This document shows, one piece after another, positions 10,446 through 19,886 of a stretch of 64,000 nt of DNA. Position numbers and translations under genes: made by a program. Every line of letters starts with the position of its first letter. Position 1 is the first letter of the stretch. The notes under the pieces were generated by a model. The model worked only from the letters and a program-made list of their open reading frames with translations. It had not been told where the DNA came from and made no database searches. The stretch is taken from positions 224,001 through 288,000 of the forward strand of contig OY829846.1 of the NCBI GenBank assembly GCA_963691875.1, read 5' to 3'. This DNA comes from Aureliella sp. Its GTDB lineage: Bacteria > Planctomycetota > Planctomycetia > Pirellulales > Pirellulaceae.

Positions 10446-11317
10446 TGCGTCCCATCCTTGAAGACTGGCAAGATTTTTGGTTTAAGCCGAAGCCAGCCAG
10501 GCAGTTACTCGTGGCGAGGACAGGTGTTTGCATAGCTTGCTTACTTTGGCTGATTTCTTGGTGGATGGAATTGTCATTTTGGTTTGGCGATAACGGAGTG
10601 CTGTCCAGCGAAGTCGCAGCGCAGTTTGTCGCTTACGAAGGGCTCTCACGCTGGCAGCTTTGGTCTCCACTTTGGTGGACCGACTCGCTCTGGCTCTTTC
10701 AAGCCTGGGTTGGTCTTGGTGTCGTTCTGACTGCTCTGGTAGCAGCTGGCATCGGTGGTCGTTTCTCCGTCTTAACGCTCATTTTGTGCGTCATTGGACT
10801 GGCGCATCGGATGAGTTGGCTTATTGGTCCAGTTGAACCGGCACTCGTTGCATTCTTGGGATACCTGGCTGTACAGCCAGGGCCGGGCATCCAAGAATCT
10901 GAATCAAGAGAACAGGAGTGCTCTTGGGCTGGCGCGAGCTTGCGTCTACTCCAAACTCACGTCTGGATTCTGATTGCCGCAGGCGTGATGACACAACTAG
11001 CAAGCGTTCGTTGGTGGCGAGGAGATGCCATCTGGTGGCTGGCTGCGGCTGGTCGCTCGAATCTCTTGACGCTCGAGCATTTAGTGGACCGAGCTTATTT
11101 GGTGAATGCCTTAACCCACGGCATGATCGTGCTGCAGTTTCTTACGCTTTGGCTGCTCTTGATTCGAAGCACGCGGTGGATCGGAATCGGCTTGGGCGTA
11201 ACCTGGTGTCTCGTCCTAGCTTTTCTAGCCGACTATGCGCTATACGGAACCGTTCTTTTGGGCGGGCTACTTGCCTTCGTTCCTATTCGACAAGCTTCCC
11301 ATTCGGCATCCGAATAG
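10442..11317 (+). CDS. HTTM-like (SdpB / VKGC-related) integral membrane protein
   Basis: WQDFWF.P start, R.G, WFGDNGVL, multiple TM helices, LRLLQTH, WWRGDAIW motifs. Confidence 0.7.
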   Translation: MMRPILEDWQDFWFKPKPARQLLVARTGVCIACLLWLISWWMELSFWFGDNGVLSSEVAAQFVAYEGLSRWQLWSPLWWTDSLWLFQAWVGLGVVLTALVAAGIGGRFSVLTLILCVIGLAHRMSWLIGPVEPALVAFLGYLAVQPGPGIQESESREQECSWAGASLRLLQTHVWILIAAGVMTQLASVRWWRGDAIWWLAAAGRSNLLTLEHLVDRAYLVNALTHGMIVLQFLTLWLLLIRSTRWIGIGLGVTWCLVLAFLADYALYGTVLLGGLLAFVPIRQASHSASE

Positions 11318-11457
11318 CCAGATTGCAGGTTAGGGTCGGAGAAAATCCTACCACGCCGATGAACCTATTCTTCCTGATGGGGGCTTTCACTGCGAATGAA
11401 TTCTTTTGCAAGACAGTGAATGGTAACGCGAAGAGGAACAACGAAATCTATTCGATC

Positions 11458-11496
11458 AAGGCTCGATGTCACATGCAATGGTATCGAGCCTTTTTT
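11458..11496 (+). terminator. Hairpin plus T-tract preceding the tRNA-like cluster
   Basis: AAGGCTCGAT (11458-67) pairs with ATCGAGCCTT (11483-92), followed by a T run. Confidence 0.7.
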
Positions 11497-11504
11497 CGTA
11501 TCAA

Positions 11505-11581
11505 GTGGTAGTCGGATGTTCCGTGTGGGTGAAGCTCGCGGAATCCAAAAGTGATTCTTGCGGGGAACCAAACTCTGCCAC
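11505..11581 (+). pseudogene. Structured RNA remnant, possibly a decayed tRNA (Tyr- or Trp-like)
   Basis: GTGGTAG/CTGCCAC closing stem (7 bp including G:U) and internal GAATC/GATTC hairpin. No intact T-loop; identity uncertain. Confidence 0.3.
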
Positions 11582-11590
11582 AATTTACTT

Positions 11591-11662
11591 GGGTCGGTAG
11601 CTGAGACGGCTTAGCAGCGGTTTGAAGCGTCGGAGACGAGGATTCGAGCGCCTCCCGACCTA
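11591..11662 (+). pseudogene. Degenerate tRNA-Phe(GAA)
   Basis: Acceptor GGGTCGG/CCGACCT, TA-GCT..AGC D-arm, loop TTGAAGC (anticodon GAA), GAGG-A-TTCGAGC-G-CCTC T-arm. Anticodon stem and the G53-C61 pair are damaged. Confidence 0.72.
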
Positions 11663-11702
11663 CTTGAGATGCCTCTAGTTGGGTGTAAATAAAAGTAGAT
11701 TT

Positions 11703-11771
11703 GGGCGTGATGTGTAGTGTTTGCACGCGTCGTTTGCGGCGATGTAGCCCGATTCGATTCCGACAAACCCG
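11703..11771 (+). pseudogene. Degenerate tRNA-Ala(TGC)
   Basis: Acceptor GGGCGTG/CAAACCC (5 of 7 pair), D-stem GTG/CAC, anticodon stem CGTCG/CGATG with loop TTTGCGG, TTCGATTC T-loop with broken stem. Confidence 0.65.
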
Positions 11772-12329
11772 ACTTGAAGGCTGAATAGATCGACCGTCGA
11801 TTCAGCCGTCCTTCGCAAAAAATAACCGCCCGAAGCGTAGGGGTAACGCATCTCCGAATGGGACTGAGTACGCTGTTGGGCTTGAACGCGTGCTGCTTGA
11901 TGAGGGAAGTGAGTATCGGCCAGAGGGGCTCGAGGAATGATCGCTCTATGTGCTTTCCCGGCGGATTTGATAGTCGAGTTCTTTTACCGCGTTGTCCACT
12001 TCGTCAAGAAGTTTTAAATTCGATGGGTGTCAAGCATCCAAGTGCAATTCGAGGTGTACCTAACCTGTCCGCAAGCAAAGTACTTTGCGTCAATGGGAGC
12101 ACGTTGCACGAAATCGGACATTACTGCTACTTAGTGACAAACCGACGCAGCTGCTATACACGATGCGAGTCCTGTGTCGGGGACTTTGGACGTCGCAATG
12201 AGGCAGAGATCTTCGATGACTAAGTGAGTGTCTTTGGCTTCGTTGCCTGGAAGATCGAAGACTACTGAGACCCGGCAACAGCGAACAAAAGTGGATGTAA
12301 AAGGATTTGTTCTTTCGAAACATCAAATT

Positions 12330-12403
12330 GCCGACGTAGCTCGACTGAGAAAGGCTCCGCACCGATAATGCAGCTCATGCAGGTGCGAATCCACTCGTCG
12401 CCT
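12330..12403 (+). pseudogene. Degenerate tRNA (Thr-like body; present anticodon reads GAT)
   Basis: Acceptor GCCGACG/CGTCGCC (6 of 7 pair), TAGCTC D-arm start, stem CCGCA/TGCAG with loop CCGATAA, GGTGCGAATCC T-loop. Confidence 0.62.
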
Positions 12404-12440
12404 CTTGATAAACCTTAGCTCCTGTTTGCTTAAGGGAGAG

Positions 12441-13013
12441 ATGAGTAAGATAGTGTTGGCGTATCCGAAGATTCTAGACAATAGCGCGGCTCCGCTGGCA
12501 AGCTGTGTGAACTTCGAAAAATACGATGGCACGACCTTGCATCGGTTTTGGGACTTTGAACTCGGTTCGTACGCTAATAGAACTCGGCGCGATCGAATTG
12601 ATTTCAATACAAGCGGATCAGAACGATTCAGCAAGAGGCATCCCAAATTCTCTGAATCCGCAGATCTATACTTGAGTACCTTGCTGAGGAATTGTCCACC
12701 AGAGTGCAGGCGAACTAGGGGTTGCGAATGAGATGGTCGCTTTTAAAGAGTTTTTCGGAGATGATTCCATTGCCGGAAAGCACGAGGAGAACGACCCCAA
12801 ACGCCTGGTACTGATTGATGTCTCCATCGACTCTAGGATACTTCCACCCGAAGAATTACTCTTTCTGTTCGAGGGATAGCCTTTTGCTACCGTCCTCTAT
12901 TGAGGCAAGCTAATGGGACGTTTTTCGGAAGATGCGCGCTTTGGGCAATATCTTGTAGTGTAAGGAGTTGTGTGCAAAGGCGGGGTGGTTGGGCGTGACA
13001 ACGTGTCTGCGTG
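12441..13013 (+). pseudogene. ATP-dependent RNA ligase family (Rnl2-like nucleotidyltransferase) pseudogene
   Basis: GGGAGAG RBS then ATG 12441. LAYPKI...FEKYDGT (motif I KxDG); frameshift near 12680-12720; then FKEFFGDDSIAGKH...RLVLIDV...LY*GKL...*GVVCKGG (motifs III, IIIa, IV) with stops at 12877, 12901 and 12961. Confidence 0.75.
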
Positions 13014-13115
13014 ATTGTGCTAGATTCGGCCTTGGGGGCTAGCGTTATCGAAACGATACTGCTCGTCTTTAGCTATACTACAGGTCGTCATTTGGCTCGG
13101 TTAGAGAAACGTGCA

Positions 13116-15587
13116 ATGGTCAAGATCCAATTATCGATTCTTGCAGCGGTATTGTTGGCAACCGGATACTTGCCGCTCGGTGTAAATGCGGATGAAGCTG
13201 GAGCTTTGCTGAGCAAGTATTGCTTTCATTGTCATGGCGGTGAAGTTCAGAAGGCGGATAGGAAGTTTCATGATCTGCCCGACCAGATCAAGACTCTGGA
13301 ACATCTAGAACGTTATCAGGAGATTGTCGATCAACTGAATTTGGAAAGTATGCCTCCTAACGATTCTGCGCAACCGAGTGACAAAGAGCGCGCCGAAGCG
13401 ATTGCACAGTTGACGCGAAGAATCGCGGAAGCGCAGGCTTTGCTTGGCGGTTCGGGACAGCATAGTATTCTGAGGCGTCTGAATTCTTGGGAGTACCGTC
13501 AGACGATCAGTGACTTGCTTGGCATCAACGTCGACGTCTGGGATCCGGCTGAGGATTTTCCTGAGGAAGTGAAGGTCGAGGGCTTCGACAACAACGGCGC
13601 GGAGCTGGTCACGTCAGGGATTCTGCTGGATCACTATTTGGTGGCCGCCGAGGAAGCGATTCGCAGGGCGACGCACTTCGGCGAGAGGCCACGAACGCTA
13701 AAGTATTCACAGAAGTCGCCTTTTTACTTCGAGGGCAACGCAGCCAAAGGACTTCCAAAGCTCTTTCAGACTGGACGGTTTCGCTGGGTTCCCGAGACGC
13801 CTTACACAGATCTTTATGGGCGGCACTATCGCGGCGGGCACATCGGATTTATACCTCTCTTCAAGCAAGGCGGCGCGCCTCACAGCGGTCTCTACACCAT
13901 TCGTGTGAAGGCGGCGGCACTTGGACGCGTTCACGAATACGGCAAGGCGATTGACGATTTTCAAAATGGTGATCCGTTGGTGATGGAGATCGCGGCAGTG
14001 GATAGACGAGGTAGCGTTACGAGTAGCGGTAGTGTCTCTGATATGGCCTCACTCGCGCTCATCGAATTGACGAACGAAGATCCTGAGTGGTTTGAGTGGA
14101 AAGTTTACTTGGACAAGGGTTACGAGCCTGAAGTGCGTTTCAGGAACGGCCCGATCGCCGCAAAGCGGATGGTCCGGATGCTCACAACTCATGCAGCTGA
14201 CAAACCGGAGTTTCTGCCGTTCGTCGACATGCCCGACAAACTCAAACGAGCACGTGGAGTATTGAATGCTTATAAAGGCCCTCGACTCCGCATCTGGGAG
14301 ATCCAGGTGGAAGGTCCACATTTTGAGACTTGGCCGCCCACTGGACATAGGGCCCTTTACGGCAATTCGGAAGTCAAACGGCTTCGTTCTGATTCCATTC
14401 GCAGTCGATTGGAGGAGTTCGCTGAAAAGGCTTTTCGGCGACCGGTTGCAAAAGATGAACTGGAACCGATCCACGAACTTGTCGAGAGGAAGGTGCAAGA
14501 TGGTGTCGAGCCGTTGGAGGCACTTCAGCTTGGCCTCCAAGCGATTTTGTGCTCGCCAGGATTCTTGTATCTGAACCTCGGCGAAGGCGATCTCAGCCAG
14601 ACAGCAGTTGCGTCAAGGCTTTCGTATTTTCTTTGGTCATCGCCGCCAGACGAACCGCTACTCAAACTGGCCAACGAGGGAATGCTCGTCCGGCAGCTTT
14701 CAGCGCAAGTAGATCGTATGTTAACCGACTCTCGCTCGGACCACTTTGTGCAGCATTTTGTGCGTAGTTGGTTGGATATTGACAATATCGGGACGATGCC
14801 GCCGGGAGAAGATTTCCTTGTCTTCTATCGAGACAATCTTGAACAAGCGATGCGGGCAGAAACGCAGCAGTTCTTTCGACATATCCTTGACAACAATTTG
14901 CCGATTAAAGAATTTCTCGACGCGGACTACACTTTCCTTAATCGCGAGCTCGCCCGGCATTATGGCTTAAGAGGTGTTGTTGGCAATGAGATGCAGCGTA
15001 TTAGCCTCACTGGAACCGAGCGCCGCGGGTTGCTCGGACAAGGTGCTTTTCTAACCGCTTCGGCCAACGGCGTTGATACATCGCCAGTGGTCCGTGGAAT
15101 TTACGTTCTCGAGAAACTGCTGGGCTACACCCCGCCTCCTCCACCTCCTGATGTTCCAATTATTGAGCCTGATATTCGTGGGGCAAAGACCATTCGAGAG
15201 CAGCTCGAGAGGCATCGCGAAATTGCAAGCTGCGCCGAATGTCACCGGAAGATCGACCCGCTCGGTTTTGCGCTAGAAAACTATGATGCGATTGGCGGCT
15301 GGCGCAAACGATATCCTGGAAATTTACCCATTGATCCCAGCGGCAAGCTTCCGAACGGGGATGTGTTCGATTCCATCACAGAGTTTCGCGCGCACTTGAT
15401 GCAACGCGAGGATCAATTCACACGCTGTTTGGCAGAGAAGCTGATGACTTACGCTTTGGGCCGCAAGCTCGAAATCGCAGATCGCCCCGGCGTCGACAAG
15501 ATTCTTGAGCAGCTTGCAAACGAGAAAGGTGGACTTCGCGACCTCATCCAGCTAATTGTGTTGAGCGATGCGTTTCAATCGAATTAG
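13116..15587 (+). CDS. DUF1592-family planctomycete cytochrome c domain protein (PSCyt1/DUF1587/1595/1592/1588/1585)
   Basis: Signal peptide from ATG 13116, CFHCH and CAECH heme motifs, LRRLN..EY, GFDN, ASRLSYFLWSSPPD, TSPVVRG, IDPLGFALENYD, YALGR. Confidence 0.93.
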   Translation: MVKIQLSILAAVLLATGYLPLGVNADEAGALLSKYCFHCHGGEVQKADRKFHDLPDQIKTLEHLERYQEIVDQLNLESMPPNDSAQPSDKERAEAIAQLTRRIAEAQALLGGSGQHSILRRLNSWEYRQTISDLLGINVDVWDPAEDFPEEVKVEGFDNNGAELVTSGILLDHYLVAAEEAIRRATHFGERPRTLKYSQKSPFYFEGNAAKGLPKLFQTGRFRWVPETPYTDLYGRHYRGGHIGFIPLFKQGGAPHSGLYTIRVKAAALGRVHEYGKAIDDFQNGDPLVMEIAAVDRRGSVTSSGSVSDMASLALIELTNEDPEWFEWKVYLDKGYEPEVRFRNGPIAAKRMVRMLTTHAADKPEFLPFVDMPDKLKRARGVLNAYKGPRLRIWEIQVEGPHFETWPPTGHRALYGNSEVKRLRSDSIRSRLEEFAEKAFRRPVAKDELEPIHELVERKVQDGVEPLEALQLGLQAILCSPGFLYLNLGEGDLSQTAVASRLSYFLWSSPPDEPLLKLANEGMLVRQLSAQVDRMLTDSRSDHFVQHFVRSWLDIDNIGTMPPGEDFLVFYRDNLEQAMRAETQQFFRHILDNNLPIKEFLDADYTFLNRELARHYGLRGVVGNEMQRISLTGTERRGLLGQGAFLTASANGVDTSPVVRGIYVLEKLLGYTPPPPPPDVPIIEPDIRGAKTIREQLERHREIASCAECHRKIDPLGFALENYDAIGGWRKRYPGNLPIDPSGKLPNGDVFDSITEFRAHLMQREDQFTRCLAEKLMTYALGRKLEIADRPGVDKILEQLANEKGGLRDLIQLIVLSDAFQSN

Positions 15588-15899
15588 GCGTTGTTGGTCG
15601 GGCGCCGGACATTCTGACCATTACATGCGACTGCCTGTTTTTGGTAGTTGGGCGGGACATCTCTAACTTGTTCGGCCTTCCGAGGTGTCGAGACATCGAT
15701 GCCGCAGCGAAGCTCGACATTCTGAAGGGGTTTGCGTTCGCAGCGAGAAGGCGTTCTGAAATTGCGGCTGCACTTGCAAGATGAATGGTGTTGGAGTTGG
15801 CGGAAGAGAATGGAAGCCCATGCTCGGGATGCCTCATTTCAATTCTTGGCAGCTTCGCTCGCGGACCTGCGGAGAGCGGCGCGATATCGTTTTTGTTGC

Positions 15900-16376
15900 T
15901 GCGTGCGGAAATGAGCGTTTCCGCATTCTTGCATACGGGCCTCCAGCTTTAGAAAGAGCATGCGAGTTTCTAACTGGTGGCTAGGTGCGTACGCCCAAAC
16001 TCTAAAACTCCCGAATGAGTTTTGTCTTCGAACCAATACTTCGGCAAGATAGTTCGAACTCGCCAGCAGCGTTGCTCTTGTCTTCACCACTCGATCGGAA
16101 ACGCCTCCGCTAATTGGCAGCAAGAGACGTACCCCGAGAACCGAAATTCACTTCTTATCGATGACTCGCCCTCACACGACAATGAAGCCTTCGTCCTTGG
16201 TTCCCGTGGCCGGAGCGGCTACAGAATTTGGCGAACCCGAGCCAGTTTCTTTCGTTTCGCTAAACGCCAGCTGGTCGTTAGATTTCTGAGCGACAGCCAC
16301 GTTTGACCTAAGCGATACACGGGAAAAAGAGACTGTCCCGAAATAGCAAAGGAAACAGCGATTGTCGTTCGCGCAT
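15900..16376 (-). pseudogene. Decayed secreted-protein gene (carboxypeptidase-regulatory-like repeat remnant)
   Basis: AAGAGAGG RBS with ATG near 16376; the broken frame reads FIVV*GRVIDKK*ISVLGVRLLLP, resembling the GRVVD..GKPV.GA repeats. Confidence 0.35.
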
Positions 16377-16428
16377 GAGTCACCTCTCTTCGTTTCAGGA
16401 CAAAGAAAGTCACTGACAGCGGAGGCGA

Positions 16429-17955
16429 CTATTCGTATTCTGGGATCTTTGCATCCTTCTCGATGCGTTGGTTCTCCCAATAGACAAAGCCATCGTCCTT
16501 GAGCTCGACTAAGCGTGATTTGCTGCCAGCTGCGGGGTTGGCCGGTTTGCTCGGGAGAAATGCTGCAAGCTTTTGTTTCAAAGAACTGTATTTCTCATCT
16601 GAAGCAAGATTGGTGAATTCGTTTGGGTCCTGCTGCATATCATAGAGTTCTTCAGAACCATCAGCGTATCGAATATAGCGATGGGTTTCGGTGCGAACGG
16701 TATCGTTTCCTGGGCCGTGCGAAGTGATCGCAGGTCGCATTCTCGCTGCTGATGCATCACGAAGCTGCGGGACAAGGCTCATCCCCTCGAGCGCGGCGGG
16801 TGCATCCTTCAGATCGCAAAGTTCGGCCAACGTTGGGTAAATGTCGAGCAACTCAGCAGGACGCTCACATTCGCCTTTTGCGATTCCTGGCCCTGCAAAG
16901 ATCAACGGAACACGAGTCGACGGTTCCCAGAGTGTGTTCTTGCCGGTGATTTCTTTTTCACCGAGGTGGTAGCCATGATCAGACCAGCACACGACGATGG
17001 TGTTATCCTTCGCACCACTGGCTTCAAGTGCATCGAGTACTCTTCCCACTTGCGCGTCCACGAAGCTTACCGAAGCGAGATAGGAACGCACTTTGTTCTT
17101 CACTTGGCCCTGTTCTTCCAGGAACTTCAGTCGTGGTTCTGGAAGCCTCCAATGGATAAACCAAGAGAATCGTGGTGTGTCCGAGCGATCATTCTCTCCG
17201 ATCGGCGGTAGCTGAAGTGAGTCTTCTGGGTAAAGATCAAACCACTTCTGTGAAGCGTAAAGTGGCACGTGTGGCCGGAAGAACCCGACAGTCATGAAGA
17301 ACGGTTCTTTGGGCTTCTGGCTCAGCTGTTTGATCGCCCACTCGGCGGTACGATAGTCAACTTGATCTGAATCATTCGGCGGCCAGATTCCCCAGTCAAC
17401 AAGTTTGTGCTTCTGTGGCGTGTCAACAAATTTCTTTTTTGGAAATTGGTTGGGCAATGGTGGACGCTTTCCCAAGACCTGGAATTCCGCATTGCCTGAA
17501 CCGCCGTGGTAGATCTTTCCACAACTCGACGTGGCATAGCCGGACGCCTCAAAGGCATTCGGCATAGTGACGTGCTCCTTTAACATCGGAACAGTCCGAA
17601 AAGCAGGCTGAAGCGAGTAGACGCCGGTCGTGGTGGGGCGAAGGCCTGTCATCACGGAAGTGCGCGATGAATTGCACAGAGGCGACTGGCAGTGCGCGTT
17701 GAGAAACAAAGTTCCTCTCGCGGCGAGTTTGTCTAAATTCGGAGTCTTGACTTGTGGATGTCCGTCCAAGCAGCCAATCCAATCATTCAAGTCATCGATC
17801 GCGATAAAAAGTACGTTGGGCTTGCTTGACTCCTGCGCGCTGGCGCTTGCCATGCAATTCAACAGGAAAATGAACGCTGCAAAATGTTGGAGCAATAGCG
17901 CGGAGCTGAGTTGAGTACTCTTAATCGCAATCATAATCTTAATCCTAATTTTCAT
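16429..17955 (-). CDS. Sulfatase (FGly-dependent, iduronate/choline-sulfatase-like)
   Basis: PNVLFIAIDDLND, CNSSR (CxxSR), GKIYH, GFFRPH.P, SDHGYHLGEK. True start probably downstream of 17955 because MKIRIKI derives from a hexamer repeat. Confidence 0.95.
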   Translation of the reverse strand: MKIRIKIMIAIKSTQLSSALLLQHFAAFIFLLNCMASASAQESSKPNVLFIAIDDLNDWIGCLDGHPQVKTPNLDKLAARGTLFLNAHCQSPLCNSSRTSVMTGLRPTTTGVYSLQPAFRTVPMLKEHVTMPNAFEASGYATSSCGKIYHGGSGNAEFQVLGKRPPLPNQFPKKKFVDTPQKHKLVDWGIWPPNDSDQVDYRTAEWAIKQLSQKPKEPFFMTVGFFRPHVPLYASQKWFDLYPEDSLQLPPIGENDRSDTPRFSWFIHWRLPEPRLKFLEEQGQVKNKVRSYLASVSFVDAQVGRVLDALEASGAKDNTIVVCWSDHGYHLGEKEITGKNTLWEPSTRVPLIFAGPGIAKGECERPAELLDIYPTLAELCDLKDAPAALEGMSLVPQLRDASAARMRPAITSHGPGNDTVRTETHRYIRYADGSEELYDMQQDPNEFTNLASDEKYSSLKQKLAAFLPSKPANPAAGSKSRLVELKDDGFVYWENQRIEKDAKIPEYE

Positions 17956-17956
17956 T
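17921..17956. repeat. Degenerate hexamer tandem repeat (AATCNT-like)
   Basis: ttaatcgcaatcataatcttaatcctaattttcatt flanking the four-helix-bundle remnant. Confidence 0.6.
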
Positions 17957-18001
17957 CTCAGGTGTGCAGTATCGTGCGAACTGAGTGGTGATGCAAATGC
18001 C

Positions 18002-18365
18002 TCAAATTTCCCAATCTTTTGAAGTCGCTCGAATAAGACCGACTAGCATAGCGACCGTATCGGATAGCATCTGCTTGCCGGGCGTGATTCTTGCTCATGG
18101 TGTGCTTCTTTGGCAACAAGGACGTCCAGAAAAGCAGCGCATGTGAGCGCCGACCTGCGAGCAGTGTCGAAGTACTCGAATCGATACCTTGTTTTATGCT
18201 CGCCGTTGCCTTCCGCAATATTCAATGGAACACGGGGTGCTGCTCTCTCTAGCTGATGTTGGACTGAGAGCGTTTTGGGGGTGTTGGCCAACAGCTCATG
18301 CGTCCATGCGACGAATTGCACTGATTCTTGGTAGACCTTCAACTTCTCGCAGTGAGGCACCTTAT
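18002..18365 (-). pseudogene. Four helix bundle protein (23S rRNA IVP / TIGR02436-like), frameshifted
   Basis: EKLKVYQ...QLERAA..VPLNIAEGNG...FDTARRSALTCAAFLDVL, then after a frameshift near 18095 RITPGKQMLSDTVAMLVGLIRA...* at 18002. Confidence 0.8.
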
Positions 18366-18449
18366 GGCACTGAAGTTTGAGGGTGAGATAGTGGTAAAGA
18401 TAGCTACTGAAAGCGGACGGAGGATAAGGATTTTGATCGAGAATCTGGA

Positions 18450-19886
18450 TCAGTTGGTGGTCCGTCTGTCCCGCTCCGACTTCGCTTTGAATTCTCGCGC
18501 CATATTTTGCGGAATCCACCTTGCCAGTTTATCACGCATTGCTTTGTGTTGCGGGGCGTTGGCAAGGTTCGTGAACTCATCGGGGTCTTTTCTGTGATCG
18601 TATAGTTCTCTTGCTCCATCTTCATAGGCTATCAAGTGCCAGTTACGCGTGCGAATGGAGTGGTTGCCGAAGTAGGAAGAAGTGATCGCAGGTCGAAGGC
18701 GTGAAACGCTTGGGTCTTCGATCTGCGGGAGCAAAGAGGTACCCTCCGCGTGCGATGCCTTGGGCAGTCCACATGCTTCCAGTAAGGTCGGATAGACGTC
18801 GAGTAGGCTGACAGCTTCCAGGCAGGCATCTCCAGGCGGAATACCAGGGCCCGCGAAAAGAAGGGGGACTCGGGTGGATTCTTCCCACAGGGTGCGTTTT
18901 GCCCAGTGTTGCTTCTCACCAAGGTGAAAGCCATGGTCGCTCCACAGGGCGACAATCGTGTTATTCGCATGTGGGCTAGCGGCGAGCCCATCCATCACGA
19001 TGCCAACACAATGGTCAACAAAACTTATCGATGCCAAATAGGCCTGAGATAGACTCCTTTGCTTTCCGTGCTCAATCACTTCGCTATGTGTCGGAGCTAC
19101 AGCATAGTCGTTGATTCGAAGAAAATTGTTCGGCAGATCATTTAGATCTACAAGTGGATTGTTAGGCAGGCTGATCTTCTCCTGATCGTAAAGTTCAAAC
19201 CACTTGGGCGGCACAAACAGGGGAACATGAGGGCGAAAGAACCCCAGCGACATGAAGAACGGTTTGTCGTGCTCACTCTCAAGCACGCCAATAGCGTCGA
19301 CGGCAAGTTGATACTCACCCATTTCGTTGTCGTTCTCCGGAAAAGCTCCCCAGTCCCAAGCTTTGCTCCAATGAGCAGGACGATTCATCGCTTTCTTTGG
19401 GCGAGGGCTCGGCTTGCGTCCAAAAAAATGGTCGATATCACTGGCTAGTCGGCCGCCAAAACCATGGTGCAAGACCTTACCGCCAGAATAAGTCGTGTAG
19501 CCTTGCTCTTTGAAATAGCTGTGAATGGTTGGAACGTTGCGGAGGGCCGGCAACTGCTCGTACTTCGGTCCGAGTTCGTAGCTTCCATGGGTCGTGGGGG
19601 CGACGCCTGACATCACACTGATTCGCGATGCGGAGCAAACTGGAACAGCACAATGGGCATTTGCAAAAACCCTTCCTCGTGCTGCCAACGCATCCATATT
19701 GGGCGTCAATGCGTTCGGATGTCCGCCTAAGAATCCTACCCAGTCGTTGAGATCGTCAATGCATATCATTACGACGTTCGGCCTCGTCTTAGGCTCATCC
19801 GCCGCAACGCCGTCTGCGAATTGCACTAAGCCGAGGAGATAAAGGCTAATAATCGAATAGATTGATTGTTTTGAAAAGGTGCTCAT
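18450..19886 (-). CDS. Sulfatase, paralog of 16429-17955
   Basis: PNVVMICIDDLND, CSASR, GFFRPHVP, SDHGFHLGEK. ATG 19886 overlaps the upstream stop (ATGA). Confidence 0.95.
   Translation of the reverse strand: MSTFSKQSIYSIISLYLLGLVQFADGVAADEPKTRPNVVMICIDDLNDWVGFLGGHPNALTPNMDALAARGRVFANAHCAVPVCSASRISVMSGVAPTTHGSYELGPKYEQLPALRNVPTIHSYFKEQGYTTYSGGKVLHHGFGGRLASDIDHFFGRKPSPRPKKAMNRPAHWSKAWDWGAFPENDNEMGEYQLAVDAIGVLESEHDKPFFMSLGFFRPHVPLFVPPKWFELYDQEKISLPNNPLVDLNDLPNNFLRINDYAVAPTHSEVIEHGKQRSLSQAYLASISFVDHCVGIVMDGLAASPHANNTIVALWSDHGFHLGEKQHWAKRTLWEESTRVPLLFAGPGIPPGDACLEAVSLLDVYPTLLEACGLPKASHAEGTSLLPQIEDPSVSRLRPAITSSYFGNHSIRTRNWHLIAYEDGARELYDHRKDPDEFTNLANAPQHKAMRDKLARWIPQNMAREFKAKSERDRRTTN

Noticed and set aside
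11820..12320. Additional tRNA remnants (e.g. AGCGTAGGGGTAACGC near 11834, GCGAGTCCTGT near 12165)
   Set aside because: Only isolated arm-like fragments; no complete cloverleaf could be folded by eye.
11591..12403. Functional tRNA genes
   Set aside because: Each has broken T- or anticodon-stem pairs or acceptor mismatches; reported as pseudogenes.
13011..13115. N-terminal extension of the DUF1592 ORF from GTG 13011
   Set aside because: The signal peptide begins at ATG 13116; the extension abuts the ligase remnant.
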